From Mobula hypostoma (Eukaryota), in NCBI RefSeq assembly GCF_963921235.1, contig NC_086097.1:104596001-104660000 (forward strand): a stretch of DNA of 64,000 nt, given 5' to 3'. A program made the position numbers and the translations under genes. The notes below the pieces were generated by a model, which had not been told where the DNA came from, did not search any database, and worked only from the letters and a program-made list of their open reading frames with translations. This document shows positions 27,245 through 42,241 of the stretch, piece by piece; the stretch's first letter is position 1; each line of letters opens with the position of its first letter.

Positions 27245-30200
27245 GTATACCTTTCAATTGTACTCAAAAGTACTGAATGCAAAGCTGATGGAAAGGCCTT
27301 AACGTAACTCCCCATATGATTCTGGGTTGGTTGAGACCTGTTTGATCACTGAGCTCTTCAAGATAAAATAGTTGTTTTCTCAGTGCATACAGTATATTGA
27401 CATTACAGGAAGTATACCTTTAAATTTTACTCAAAAGTAGGGACTACAAATCTGATGGAAACATCTTAACCTAACTGCCGATATGATTCTGAGTTCTTTG
27501 AGACCTGTTTGATCACTGAGCTCTTCAAAATAAAAAAGTTGTTTTCTCAGTACAGATAGTACTGAGAAAAATGTTTCCATCAACCTTCCAGTCAGTACTT
27601 TTGAGTAAATTAGAAAGGTATACTTCTTTTAATGTCAATCCACTGAATGCCCTGAGAAAACAAGTTTTTTATCTTGAGGAGCTTCCATCTAAACTTAAGA
27701 TGTATTGACATTCAAAGAAGTATACCTTTTAATTTAACTCAAAGGTACTGACTTCAAACCTAATGGAAACATCTTAACTTAACTCCCCATATGATTCTGA
27801 GCTGTTAGAGACCTGATTGATCACTGAGCTCCTCAAGATGAAAATGTTGTTTTCTCAGTGCATACAGTGCTTTAACATTTAAAGAGGTACACCTTTCAAT
27901 TTTACTCAAAGGTACTGACTGCAAAGCTGATGGAGACACCTTAACATAACTCCCCATATGATTCTGAGTTGTTTGAGATCTTTTTTATGACTGACTCCTC
28001 AAGATAAAAAACATGTTTTCTCAGTGCATACACTGTATTGACATTACAGGAAGTATACCTTTAAATTTTACTCAAATGTACTGACTGCAAAGCTGATGGA
28101 AACATCTTAACCTAACTGCCGATATGATTCTGAGTTCTTTGAGACCTGTTTGATCACTGAGCTCTTCAAAATAAAAAAGTTGTTTCCTCAGTACATACAG
28201 ATCTTTGGCATTAAAAGAAGTATACCTCAAATGTACTGACTGCAAAGCTGATGGAAACATCTTAACCTAATTGCCGATATGATTCTGAGTTCTTTGAGAC
28301 CTGTTTGATCACTGAGCTCTACAAAATAAAAAAGTTGTTTCCTCAGTACATACAGATCTTTGGCATTAAAAGAAGTATACCTTTCAAATTTACTCAAAGG
28401 TACTGACTGCAAACCTCATGGAAACATCTTAATTTAAATCCCCATAAGATCTTGAGTTGTTTGAGACTGATTTGATCACCCGGCTCTTCAAGATAACAAA
28501 ATGTTGTTTTCTCAGTGCATACACTGTATTGACATTACAGGAAGTATACCTTTAAATTTTACTCAAATGTACTGACTGCAAAGCTGATGGAAACATCTTA
28601 ACCTAACTGCCGATATGATTCTGCGTGGTTTGAGACCTGTTTGATCACTGAGCACTTCAAAATAAAAAAGTTGTTTTCTCAGTGCATACAGTGCTTTAAC
28701 ATTTAAAGAGGTATACCTTTCAATTTTACTCAAAGGTACTGACTGCAAAGCTGATGGAGACACCTTAACATAACTCCCCATATGATTCTGAGTTGTTTGA
28801 GACCTTTTATATGACTGACCTCCTCAAGATAAAAAAACATGCTTTCTCAGTGCATACGGTGCAATCACATTTAAAGAGGTACACCTTTCAATTTTACTCA
28901 AAAGTACTGCCTGCAAGGCTGATGGAAACATCTTAACTTAACTCGCTATAAAATTTTGAGATTCATGAGACCTGTTTGATCACTGAGCTCTTGAAGATAA
29001 AAAAGTTGTTTTCTCAGTGCATACAGTGTATTGACATTAAAAGAGGTATACCTTTCAATTCTACTCAAAGGTACTAACTGCAAACCTGATGCAAGCATCT
29101 TAACTTAATACCCATATGATTCTGAGCTGTTAGAGACATGATTGATCACTGAGCTCCTCAAGATAAAAAAGTTGTTTTCTCTGTGCATACAGTGCATTGA
29201 CATCAAAAGAAGTATACTTTTCAATTTTACTCAAAAGTCCTGAATGCAAAGCTGATGGAAATACCTTAATGTAACGCCCCATATGATTCTGAGTTGGTTG
29301 AGACCTGTTTGATCACTGAGCTCTTCAAGATAAAATAGTTGTTTTCTCAGTGCATACAGTATATTGACATTACAGGAAGTATACCTTTAAATTTAACTCA
29401 AATGTAGTGACTACAAATCTGATGGAAACATCTTAACCTAACTGCCGATATGATTCTGAGTTGTTTGAGACCTGTTTGATCACTGAGCTCTTCAAAATAA
29501 AAAAGTTGTTTTCTCAGTACAGACAGTCCTGAGACAGATGTTTTCTCAGTGCATACAGTGCAATGACATTTAAAGAGGTACACCTTTCAATTTTACTCAA
29601 AAGTACTGAATGCAAAGCAGATGGAAACCCCTTAACTTAACTCCCCATATGATTCTGAGGTGTTTGAGACCTTTTTTATGACTGAACTCCTCAAGATGAA
29701 AATGTTGTTTTCTGAGTGGATATAGTGCATTGACATCAAATGAAGTATACCATTCAATTTAACTCAAAAGTACTGAATGCAAAGCTGATGGAAGCACCTT
29801 AACTTAACTCCCCAAATGATTCTATGTGTTTGAGACCTGTTTGATCACTGACTCTTGAAGATACAAAAAGTTGTTTTCTCAGTGCATACAGTGAATTACA
29901 TCAAAGCAAGTATACTTTTTGGTTTTACTCAAAAGTACCGAATGCAAATCTGATGGAAACACCTTAATGTAACTCCCCATCTGAGTCTGAGTTGTTTAAG
30001 ACCTATTTGATCACTGAGATTTTCAAGATAAAAAACTTGTTTTATCAGTGCATACAGAGCAATGACATTTATAGAGGTACACATTTCAATTTTACTCAAA
30101 AGTACTGACTGCAAAGCTGATGGAAACACCTTAACGTTACTCCCCATGTGATTCTGAGTTGTTTAAGACTATTTGATCACTGAGCTCTTCAAGATAAAAA

Positions 30201-33200
30201 AAGTTGTTTTCTCAGTGCATACAGTGCATTGACATCAAAAGAAGTATACCTTTCAATTTTACTCAAAAGTACTGCCTGCAAGACTGATGGAAACATCTTA
30301 ACTTAACTCCCCATATAATTTAGAGATTCATGAGACCTGTTTGATCACTGAGCTATTGAAGATAAAAAAGTTGTTTTCTCAGTGCATACAGTGTATTGAC
30401 ATCAAAAGAAGTATACCTTTCAATTTTACTCAAAAGTACTGCCTGCAAGACTGATGGAAACATCTTAACTTACTTCCCCATATAATTTAGAGATTCATGA
30501 GACCTGTTTGATCACTGAGCTATTGAAGATAAAAAAGTTGTTTTCTCAGTGCATACAGTGTATTGACATCAAAAGAAGTATACTTTTCAATTTTACTCAA
30601 AAGTACTGAATGCAAAGCTGATGGAAACACCTTAATGTAACTCCCCATAAGATTCTGAGTTGTTTGAAACCTGTTTGATCACTGAGCTCTTGATGATAAA
30701 AAAGTTTTTTTCTCAGTGCATACAGTGTATTGACATTACAAGAGGTATACATTTTAGTTCTACTCAAAGCTACTAACTGCAAACCTGATGCAAACATCTT
30801 AACTTAACTCCCCATATGATTCTGAGCTGTTAGAGACCTGATTGATCACTGAGCTCCTCAAGATAAAAAAGTGTGTTTTCTCAGTGCATACCGTATTCTG
30901 ACATTAAAGGAAGTATACTTTTCTATTTTACTCAAAGGTACTGACTGCAAACCTGATGGAAACATCTTAACTTATCTCCCCATATGATTCTGAGCTGTTA
31001 GAGACCTGATTGATCACTGAGCTCCTCAAGATAAAAAAGTTATTTTCTGAGTGGATATAGTGCATTGACATCAATTGAAGTATACCATTCAATTTAACTC
31101 AAAAGTACTGAATGCAAAGCTGATGGAAGCACCTTAACTTAACTCCCCAAATGATTCTATGTGTTTGAGACCTGTTTGATCACTGAGCTCTTGAAGATAC
31201 AAAAAGTTGTTTTCTCAGAGCATACAGTGTATTGCCATTAAAAAGAGGTATACCTTTCAATTCTACTCGAAGGTACTAACTGCAAACCTGATGCAAACAT
31301 CTTAACTTAACTCTCCATATGATTCTGAGCTGTTAGAGACCTGATTGATCACTGAGCTGCTCATGATAAAAACGCTGTTTTCTCAGTGCATACAGTGCAT
31401 TGACATCAAAAAAAGTATACTTTCCAATTTTACTCAAAAGTACTGAATACAAAGCTGATGGAAACACCTTAACGTAACTCCCCATATGATTCTGAGTTGT
31501 TTGAGACCTGTTTGATCACTTAACTTTTCAAGATAATAAACTTGTTTTCTCAGTGTATACCGTGCAATGACATTTAAAGAGGTACACCTTTCAATTTTAC
31601 TCAAAAGTACTGCCTGCAAGGCTGATGGAAACATCTTAACTTAACTCCCCATATAATTTTGAGATTCATGAGATCTGTTTGATCACTGATCTCTTGAAGA
31701 TAAAAAAGTTGTTTTCTCAGTGCATACAGTGTATTCACATTAAAAGAGTTATACCTTTCAATTCTACTCAAAGCTACTAACTGCAAACCTGATGCAAACA
31801 TCTTAACTTAACTCCCCATATGATTCTGAGCTGTTAGAGACCTGATTGATCACTGAGCTCCTCAAGACAAAAAAAAAGTTGTTTTCTCATTGCATACAGT
31901 GTTCTGACATTAAAAGAAGTATACTTTTCTATTTTACTCAAAGGTACTGACTGCAAACCTGATGGAAACATCTTAACTTATCTCCCCATATGATACTCAG
32001 CTGTTAGAGACCTGATTGATCACTGAGCTCTTCAAGATAAAAAAAAGTTGTTTTTTCAGAGCATACAGTATGTTGCCATTAAAAGAAGTATACCATTCAA
32101 TTTTACACAAAAGAACTGCATGCAAAGCTGATGGAAACACCTTACATTAACTCCCCATATGATTCTGAGCTGTTAGAGACCTGATTGACCACTGAGCTCT
32201 TCAAGATAAAAAACTTGTTTTCTCAGTGCATACAGAGCAATTACATTTAAAGAGGTACTCATTTCAATTTTACTCAAAGGTACTGACTGCAAAGCTGATG
32301 GAAACACCTTAACGTTACTCCCCATATGATTCTGAGCTGTTTGAGAGTTGTTTGATCATTGAGCTCTTCAAGATAAAAAAAAGTTGTTTTCTCAGTGCAT
32401 GCAGTGCATTGACATCAAAAGAAGTATACCTTTCAATTTTACTCAAAGGTGCTGACTGCAAATCTGATTGAAACATCTTAACTTAACTTCCCATATGATT
32501 CTTAGTTGTTTGAGACCTGTTTGATCACTGAGCCCTTGAAGATAAAAAAAAAGATGTTTTCTCAGTGCATACAGTGCATTGACATCAAAGGAAGAATACT
32601 TTTCAATTTTACTCAAAAGTACTGAATGCAAAGCGGATGGAAACATCTTAACTTAACTCCCCATATGATTCTAAATTGTTTGAGACCTTTTTTATGACTG
32701 AGCTCCTCAAGATAAAAAACTTGCTTTCTCAGTGCATACAGTGCATTGACATTCAGAGAGGTATACCTTTCAATTATACTCAAAGGAATTAACTGCAAAC
32801 CTGATGCAAACATCTTAACTTAACTCCGCATATGATCCTGAGTTATTTGAGACCTGTTTGATCACTGATCTCTTCAAGATTAAAAACATGTGTTCTCAGT
32901 GCATGCAGTGTATTGACATTACAGGAAGTACACCTTTAAATTTTACTCAAATGTACTGACTGCAAAGCTGATCAAAACATCTTAACTTAACTGCCGATAT
33001 GATTCTGAGTTCTTTGAGACCTGATTGATCACTGTGCTCTTCAAGATAAAAAAGTTGTTATCTCAGTACAGACAGTGTACTGATATTAAAAGAAGTTTAC
33101 CTTTCAATTTTACTGCAAAGAACTGAGTGCAAAGCTGGTGGAAATCCCTTAACTTAATTTCCCATATGTTTCTGAGTTGTTTGAGACCTGTTTTATCACG

Positions 33201-36200
33201 GAGCTGATGAAAATAAAACAGCTGTTTTCTCAGTGCATACAGTGTATTGACATTAAAAGAAGTATACCTTTCAATCTGGCACAAAGGTACAGACTGCAAA
33301 TCTGATGGAAACATCTTAACTTAACTCCCCATATGATTCTGAGTAGCTTGAGACCTGTTTGATCACTGAGCTCCTCAAGATAAAAAACTTGATTTCTCAG
33401 GGCATTCAGTAGATTTACATTAAAAGAAGTATATCTTTCTAATTTACTCAAAATGACTGAATGCAAATCTGATGGAAACACGTTAACTTAACTCCCCATA
33501 TGATTTTGAGTTCTTTGAGACCTGATTGATGACTGAGCTCCTCAAGATAAAAAAGTTGTTTTCTCAGTGCATACAGTACATTGACATCAAAAGAAGTATA
33601 CTTTTCAATGTTACTCAAAAGTACTGAATACAAAGCTGATGGAAACACCTTAATGTAACTCCCCTTATGATTCTGAGTTGTTTGAGACCTGTTTAATCAC
33701 TGAGCTCTTCAAGATAAAATAGTTGTTTTCTCAGTGCATACAGTATATTGACATTACAGGAAGTATACCTTTAAATTTTACTCAAATGTATTGACTGCAA
33801 AGCTGATGGAAATATCTTAATGTAACTCCCCTTATGATTCTGAGTTGTTTGAGACCTGTTTGATCACTGAGCTCTTCAAGAATAAAAAAGTTGTTCTTTC
33901 AGTACATACAGAGCTTTGACATTAAAAGAAGTATACCTTTAAATTTTACTCAAAAGTATTGTCTGCAAAGCTGATGGAAATATCTTAAGCTAACTCCCCA
34001 TATGATTCTGAATTGTTTGAGACCTGTTTTATGACGGAGCTCATCAAGATAAAAAAAAGTTGTTTTCTCACTGCATGCAGTGCATTGACATCAAAAGAGG
34101 TACAGCTTTGAATTTTACAGAAAAGCACTAACTGCAAAGCTGATGGAAACACTTTAACGTAACTCCCCATATGATGATGAGTTGTTTGAGACCTGTTTCA
34201 TCACTGAGGTCTTCAAGATAAAAAAGTTCTTTTCTCAGTGCATACAGTGCATTGACATTCAAAGTGGTATACCTTTCAATTTTACTCAGATGCACTGACT
34301 GCAAACCTGATGGAAACATCTTAACTTAACTCCCCATATGATCCTGAGTTGTTTGAGACCTGTTTAATCACTGAGTTCTTCAAGATAAAATAGTTGTTTT
34401 CTCAGTGCATACAGTATATTGACATTACAGGAAGTATACCTTTAAATTTTACTCAAATGTATTGACTGCAAAGCTGATGGAAATATCTTAATGTAACTCC
34501 CCTTATGATTCTGAGTTGTTTGAGACCTGTTTGATCACTGAGCTGTTCAAAAATAAAAAAGTTGTTCTTTCAGTACATACAGAGCTTTGACATTAAAAGA
34601 AGTATACCTTTCAATTTTACTCAAAAGCATTGTCTGCAAAGCTGATGGAAATATCTTAAGCTAACTCCCCATATGATTCCGAATTGTTTGAGACCTGTTT
34701 TATGACGGAGCTCATCGAGATAAAAAAAGTTGTTTTCTCACTGCATGCTCTTGACATCAAAAGAGGTACAGCTTTGAATTTTACACAAAAGTACTAACTG
34801 CAAAGCTGATGGAAACACTTTAACGTAACTCCCCATATGATGATGAGTTGTTTGAGACCTGTTTCATCACTGAGGTCTTCAAGATAAAGAAGTTCTTTTC
34901 TCAGTGCATACAGTGCATTGACATTCAAAGTGGTATACCTTTCAATTTTACTCAAAAGTACTGACAGCAAGGCTGATGGAAACCCCTTAGCTTAACTCCC
35001 CACATGATTCTGAGTTGTTTGAGACCAGTTTGATCACAGATCTCTTCAAGATAAAAAAGTTGTTTTGTCAGTGCATACAGTGTATTGACATTAAAAGAGG
35101 TATACCTTTGAATTCTACTCAAAGGTACTAACTGCAAACCTGATGCAAACAACTTAACTTAACTCTCCATATGATTCTGAGCTGTTAGAGACCTGATTGA
35201 TCACTGAGCGCCTCGATAAAAAAGTTGTTTTCTCAGTGCAAACAGTGTATTGACATCAAAAGAAGTATACCTTTCAATTTTTCTCAAAAGTACAGACTGC
35301 AAAGCTGATGGAAACACCTTAACTTTGCTCCCCATATGATTCTGAGTTGTTTGAGACCTGTTTGATCACAGAGTTCTTCAAGATAAAAAAGTTGTTTTCT
35401 CAGTGCATACAGTGTACTGACATTAAAAGAATTATACCTTTCAATTTTACTCAAAGGTACTGACGGCAAACATGATGGAAACATCTTAAGGTAAATTCCC
35501 ACATGATTCTGAGTTGTTTGAGACCTGTTTGATCACACAGCTCTTCAAGATAAAAAATGTTGTTTTCTCTGTGCATATAGTGTTCTGACATTAAAATAGG
35601 TATACCTTTCAATTTTACTTAAAAGTACTGACTGGAAAGCTGATGTTAACATCTTAACTTAACTGTCCATATGATTCTGAGTTGTTTGAGATGTGTTTTC
35701 CCACTGAACTCTTTAAGATAAAAAAAAAAATTGTTTCTCAGGGCATACAGTGTGTTGACATTAAAAGAAGTATCCCCTTAAATTTTACTCAAATGTACTG
35801 ACTGCAAAGCTGCTGGAAACATTTTAACCTAACTGTCCATAGCATTCTGAGATTCATGAGACCTGTTTGAACACTGAGCTCTTCAAGATAAAAAAGTTGT
35901 TTTCTCAGTAGATACAGTGCATTGACATTCAAAGAAGTATACTTTTCAATTTTTCTCAAAAGTACAGACTGCAAAGCTGATGGAAACACCTTAACTTTGC
36001 TCCCCATATGATTCTGAGTTGTTTGAGAGCTGTTATATCACGGAGCTCATCAAGGTTAAAAATTTGATTTCTCAGTGCATACATTGGATTGACATTAATA
36101 AAATTATTCCTTTCAATTTTACTCAGAAGTACAGACTGCAAAGCTGATGGAAACACCTTAACGTAACTCCCCATATGATTCTGAGTTGTTTGAGACCTGT

Positions 36201-39200
36201 TTGATCACTGAGCTTTTCAAGATAAAAAACTTGTTTTCTCACTGCATACAGTGCATTGACATTTAAGGAGGTATACCTTTCAATTTTACTCAAAAGTATT
36301 GACTGCAAGGCTGATGGAAACAGCTTAACAACTCCCCATATGATTTTGTGATTTATGAGACACTGAGCTCTTCAAGATAAAAAAGTTGATTTTTCAGTAC
36401 ATACAGTGTATTAACATTACAGGAAGTATATTTAAATTTTACTCAAATGTACTGACTGCAAAGCTGATGGAAACATCTTAACCTAACTGCCGATATGATT
36501 CTGTGTGGTTTGAGACCTGTTTGATCACTGAACTCTTCAAAATAAAAAAGTTGTTTTCGCAGTACATGCATGGGTTTGACATTAAAAGAAGTATACCTTT
36601 CAATTTTACTCAAAAGTATTGACTGCAAAGCTGATGGAAACACCTTAACTTAACTCCCCATATGATTCTGCAGTGTTTGAGACCTGCTTTATGACTGACC
36701 TCCTCAAGATAAAAAATCATGTTTTCTCAGTGCATACAGTGCATTGACATTTAAAGAGATATCCCTTTCAATTTCACTCAAAGTAATGACTGCAAGGCTG
36801 ATGGATACATCTTAACTTAACTCCTCATATGATTATCAGATTTATGAGACCTCTTTGAAGACTGAGCTCTTCAAGATAAAAAAGTTGTTTTCTCAGTGCA
36901 TACAGTGTACTGACATTAAAAGAATTATACCTTTCAATTTTACTCAAAGGTACTGACGGCAAACATGATGGAAACATCTTAAGGTAAATTCCCACATGAT
37001 TCTGAGTTGTTTGAGACCTGTTTGATCACTCAGATCTTCAAGATAAAAAATGTTGTTTTCTCTGTGCATATAGTGTTCTGACATTAAAATAGGTATACCA
37101 TTCAAGTTTACTTAAAAGTACTGACTGGAAAGCTGATGTTAACATCTTAACTTAACTGTCCATATGATTCTGAGTTGTTTGAGACGTGTTTTCCCACTGA
37201 GCTCTTTAAGATAAAAAAGTTGTTTCTCAGTGCATACAGTGTGTTGACATTAAAAGAAGTATCCCTTTAAATTTTACTCAAATGAACTGACTGCAAAGCT
37301 GATGGAAACATTTTAACCTAACTGTCCATATCATTCTGAGATTCATGAGACCTGTTTGAACATTGAGCTCTTCAAGATAAAAAAGTTGTTTTCTCAGTAG
37401 ATACAGTGCATTGACATTCAAAGAAGTATACCTTTCAATTTTTCTCAAAAGTACAGACTGCAAAGTTGATGGAAACACCTTAACGTAACTCCCCATATAA
37501 TTCTGAGTTGTTTGAGACCTGTTTGATCACTGAGCTCTTGAAGATAAAAAATCATGTTTTCTCAGTGCATACAGTGCATTGACATTTAAAGAGATATCCC
37601 TTTCAATTACACTCAAAGTAATGTCTGCAAGGCTGATGGAAACATCTTAACTTAACTCCTCATATGATTTTCAGATTTATGAGACCTCTTTGAAGACTGA
37701 TCTCTTCAAGATGAAGAAGTTGTTTTCTCAGTGCATACAGTCCATTGACATTTAAGGAGGTATACCTTTCAATTTTACTCAAAAGTATTGACTGCAAGGC
37801 TGATGGAAACAGCTTAACAACTCCCCATATGATTTTGAGATTTATGAGACACTGAGCTCTTCAAGATAAAAAAGTTGTTTCCTCAGTACATACAGTGTAT
37901 TGACATTACAGGAAGTATACCTTTAAATTTTATTCAAATGTACTGACTGCAAAGCTGATGGAAACATCTTAACCTATTTGCCGATATGATTCTGTGTGGT
38001 TTGAGACCTGTTTGATCACTGAACTCTTCAAAGTAAAAAAGTTGTTTTCGCAGTACATGCATGGGTTTGACATTAAAAGAAGTATACCTTTCATTTTACT
38101 CAAAAGTATTGACTGCAAAGCTGATGGAAATATCTTAACTTAACTCCCCATTTGATTCTGAGTAGTTTGAGACCTGTTTTATGACGGAGCTCATTGATAA
38201 AAAAAGTTCTTTTCTCACTGCATACAGTGCATCGACATCAAAAGAGGTACAGCTTTGAATTTTACACAAAAGAACTGACTGCAAAGCTGAGGGAAACACC
38301 TTACCGTAACTCCCCATATGATTCTGAGTAGTTTGAGACCTCTTTGATCACTGAGCTTTTCAAGATAAAAAAGTTGTTTTCTCAGTACAGACAGTGTATT
38401 GACATTCAAAGAAGTATACCTTTCAATTTTACTCAAAGGTACTGACTGCAAAGCTGATGGAAACACCTTAACTTAACTCCCCATATGATTCTGAAGTGTT
38501 TGAGACCTGCTTTATGGCTGACCTCCTCAAGATAAAAAATCATGTTTTCTCAGTGCATACAGTGCATTGACATTTAAAGAGATATCCCTTTCAATTTCAC
38601 TCAAAGTAATGACTGCAAGGCTGATGGAAACATCTTAACTTAACTCCTCATATGATTATCAGATTTATGAGACCTCTTTGAAGACTGAGCTCTTCAAGAT
38701 AAACAAGTTGTTTTCTCAGTGCATACAGTGTACTGACATTAAAAGAATTATACCTTTCAATTTTACTCAAAGGTACTGACGGCAAACATGATGGAAACAT
38801 CTTAAGGTAAATTCCCACATGATTCTGAGTTGTTTGAGACCTGTTTGATCACTCAGCTCTTCAAGATAAAAAATGTTGTTTTCTCTGTGCATATAGTGTT
38901 CTGACATTAAAATAGGTATACCATTCAAGTTTACTTAAAAGTACTGACTGGAAAGCTGCTGTTAACATCTTAACTTAACTGTCCATATGATTCTGAGTTG
39001 TTTGAGACGTGTTTTCCCACTGAGCTCTTTAAGATAAAAAAGTTGTTTCTCAGTGCATACAGTGTGTTGACATTAAAAGAAGTATCCCCTTAAATTTTAC
39101 TCAAATGTACTGACTGCAAAGCTGATGGAAACATTTTAACCTAACTGTCCATATCATTCTGAGATTCATGAGACCTGTCTGAACACTGAGCTCTTCAAGA

Positions 39201-42200
39201 TAAAAAAGTTGTTTTCTCAGTACATACAGTGTATTAACATTACAGGAAGTATACCTTTAAATTTTACTCAAATGTACTGACTGCAAAGCTGATGGAAACA
39301 TCTTAACCTAACTGCCGATATGATTCTGAGTTGTTTGAGACCTGTTTGATCACTGAACTCTTCAAAACAAAAAAGTTGTTTTCGCAGTACATGCATGGGT
39401 TTGACATTAAAAGGATTATACCTTTCAATTTTACTCAAAAGTATTGACTGCAACGCTGATGGAAATATCTTAACTTAACTCCCCATTTGATTCTGAGTTG
39501 TTTGAGACCTGTATTATGACGGAGCTCATAGATAAAAAAGTTCTTTTCTCACTGCATACAGTGCATTGACATCAAAAGAGGTACAGCTTTGAATTTTACA
39601 CAAAAGAACTGACTGCAAAGCTGAGGGAAACACCTTACCGTAACTCCCTGTATGATTCTGAGTAGTTTGAGACCTCTTTGATTACTGAGCTCTTGAAGAT
39701 AAAAAAGTTGTTTACTCAGTACAGACAGTGTATTGACATTCAAAGAAGTATACCTTTCAATTTCACCCAAAGGTACTGACTGCAAAGCTGATGGAAACAT
39801 CTTAACTTAACTCCCCATATGATTCTGAAGTGTTTGAGACCTGCTTTATGACTGACCTCCTCAAGATAAAAAATCATGTTTTCTCAGTGCATACAGTGCA
39901 TTGACATTTAAAGAGATATCCCTTTCAATTTCACTCAAAGTAATGACTGCAAGGCTGATGGAAACATCTTAACTTAACTCCTCATATGATTTTCAGATTT
40001 ATGAGACCTCTTTGAAGACTGAGCTCTTCAAGATGAAAAAGTTGTTTTCTCAGTACATACAGTGCTTTGACATTCAATGAACTATACCTTTCAATTTTAC
40101 TTAAAAGTACTGACTGCAAGGCTGATGGAAACCCCTTAACTTAACTCCCCACATGATTCTGAGTTGTTTGAGACCTGTTTGATCACTGAGCTCTTCAAGA
40201 TAAAAAAAAGTTGTTTTATCAGTGCCTACAGTGCATTGACATCAAAAGAAGTATATCTTTCAATTTTACTCAAAAGTACTGACTGCAAAACTGATGGAGA
40301 CACCTTAACTTAACGGCCCACATAATTCTAAGTGGTTTGAGACCTGTTTGATCACAGAGTTCTTCAAGATAAAAAAGTTGTTTTCTCAGTGCATACAGTG
40401 TACTGACATTAAAAGAATTATACCTTTCAATTTTACTCAAAGGTACTGACGGCAAACATGATGGAAACATCTTAAGGTAAATTCCCACATGATTCTGAGT
40501 TGTTTGAGACCTGTTTGATCACACAGCTCTTCAAGATAAAAAATGTTGTTTTCTCTGTGCATATAGTGTTCTGACATTAAAATAGGTATACATTTCAATT
40601 TTACTTAAAAGTACTGACTGGAAAGCTGATGTTAACATCTTAACTTAACTGTCCATATGATTCTGAGTTGTTTGAGATGTGTTTTCCCACTGAACTCTTT
40701 AAGATAAAAAAAAAAGTTGTTTCTCAGGGCATACAGTGTGTTGACATTAAAAGAAGTATCCCCTTAAATTTTACTCAAATGTACTGACTGCAAAGCTGCT
40801 GGAAACATTTTAACCTAACTGTCCATAGCATTCTGAGATTCATGAGACCTGTTTGAACACTGAGCTCTTCAAGATAAAAAAGTTGTTTTCTCAGTAGATA
40901 CAGTGCATTGACATTCAAAGAAGTATACTTTTCAATTTTTCTCAAAAGTACAGACTGCAAAGCTGATGGAAACACCTTAACTTTGCTCCCCATATGATTC
41001 TGAGTTGTTTGAGAGCTGTTATATCACGGAGCTCATCAAGGTTAAAAAGTTGATTTCTCAGTGCATACATTGGATTGACATTAATAAAATTATTCCTTTC
41101 AATTTTACTCAGAAGTACAGACTGCAAAGTTGATGGAAACACCTTAACGTAACTCCCCATATGATTCTGAGTTGTTTGAGACCTGTTTGATCACTGAGCT
41201 CTTGAAGATAAAAAAGTTGTTTTCTCCATACAGACAGTGTATTGACATTCAAAGAAGTATACCTTTCAATTTCACCCAAAGGTACTGACAGCAAACCTGA
41301 TGGAAACATGTTAACTTAACTCCCCATATGATTATCAGTTGTTTGAGACATGTTTGATCACTGAGCTCTTCAAGATAAAAAATGTTGTTTTCTCTGTGCA
41401 TATAGTGTTCTGACATTAAAATAGGTAACCTTTCAATTTTACTTAAAAGTACTGACTGGAAAGCTGATGTTAACATCTTAACTTAACTGTCCATATGATT
41501 CTGAGTTGTTTGAGACGTGTTTTCCCACTGAGCTCTTTAAGATAAAAAAGTTGTTTCTCAGTGCATACAGTGTATTGACATTAAAAGAAGTATCCCTTTA
41601 AATTTTACTCAAACGTACTGACTGCAAAGCTGATGGAAACATCTTAACCTAACTGCCCATATGATTCTGAGATTGATGAGACCTGTTTGAATACTGAGCT
41701 CTTCAAGATAAAAAAGTTGTTTTCTCAGTAGATACAGTGCATTGACATTCAAAGAAGCATACCTTTCATTTTTTCTCAAAAGTACTGACTGCAAAGCTGA
41801 TGGAAACACCTTAACTTTGCTCCCCATATGGTTCTGAGTTGTTTGAGAGCTGTTATATCACGGAGCTCATCAAGGTTAAAAAGTTGATTTCTCAGTGCAT
41901 ACATTGGATTGACATTAATAAAATTATTCCTTTCAATTTTACTCAGAAGTACAGACTGCGAAGCTGATGGAAACACCTTAACGTAACTCCCCATATGATT
42001 CTGAGTTGTTTGAGACCTGTTTGATCACTGAGCTTTTCAAGATAAAAAACTTGTTTTCTCAGTGCATACAGTGCATTGACATTTAAGGAGGTATACCTTT
42101 CAATTTTACTCAAAGGTACTGACTGCAAAGCTGATGGAAACACCTTAACTTAACTCCCCATATGATTCTGAAGTGTTTGAGACCTGCTTTATGATTGACC

Positions 42201-42241
42201 TCCTCAAGATAAAAAAATCATGTTTTCTCAGTGCATACCGT
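27245..42241. repeat. Diverged (older) ~167-bp satellite array, ~90 monomers, same family and orientation as the young array
   Basis: Shares AAAAAGTTGTTTTCTCAGTGCATAC, TTTCAATTTTAC, TGGAAACA and ATGATTCTGAG with the young unit. Many substitutions and indels between monomers. Confidence 0.96.
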
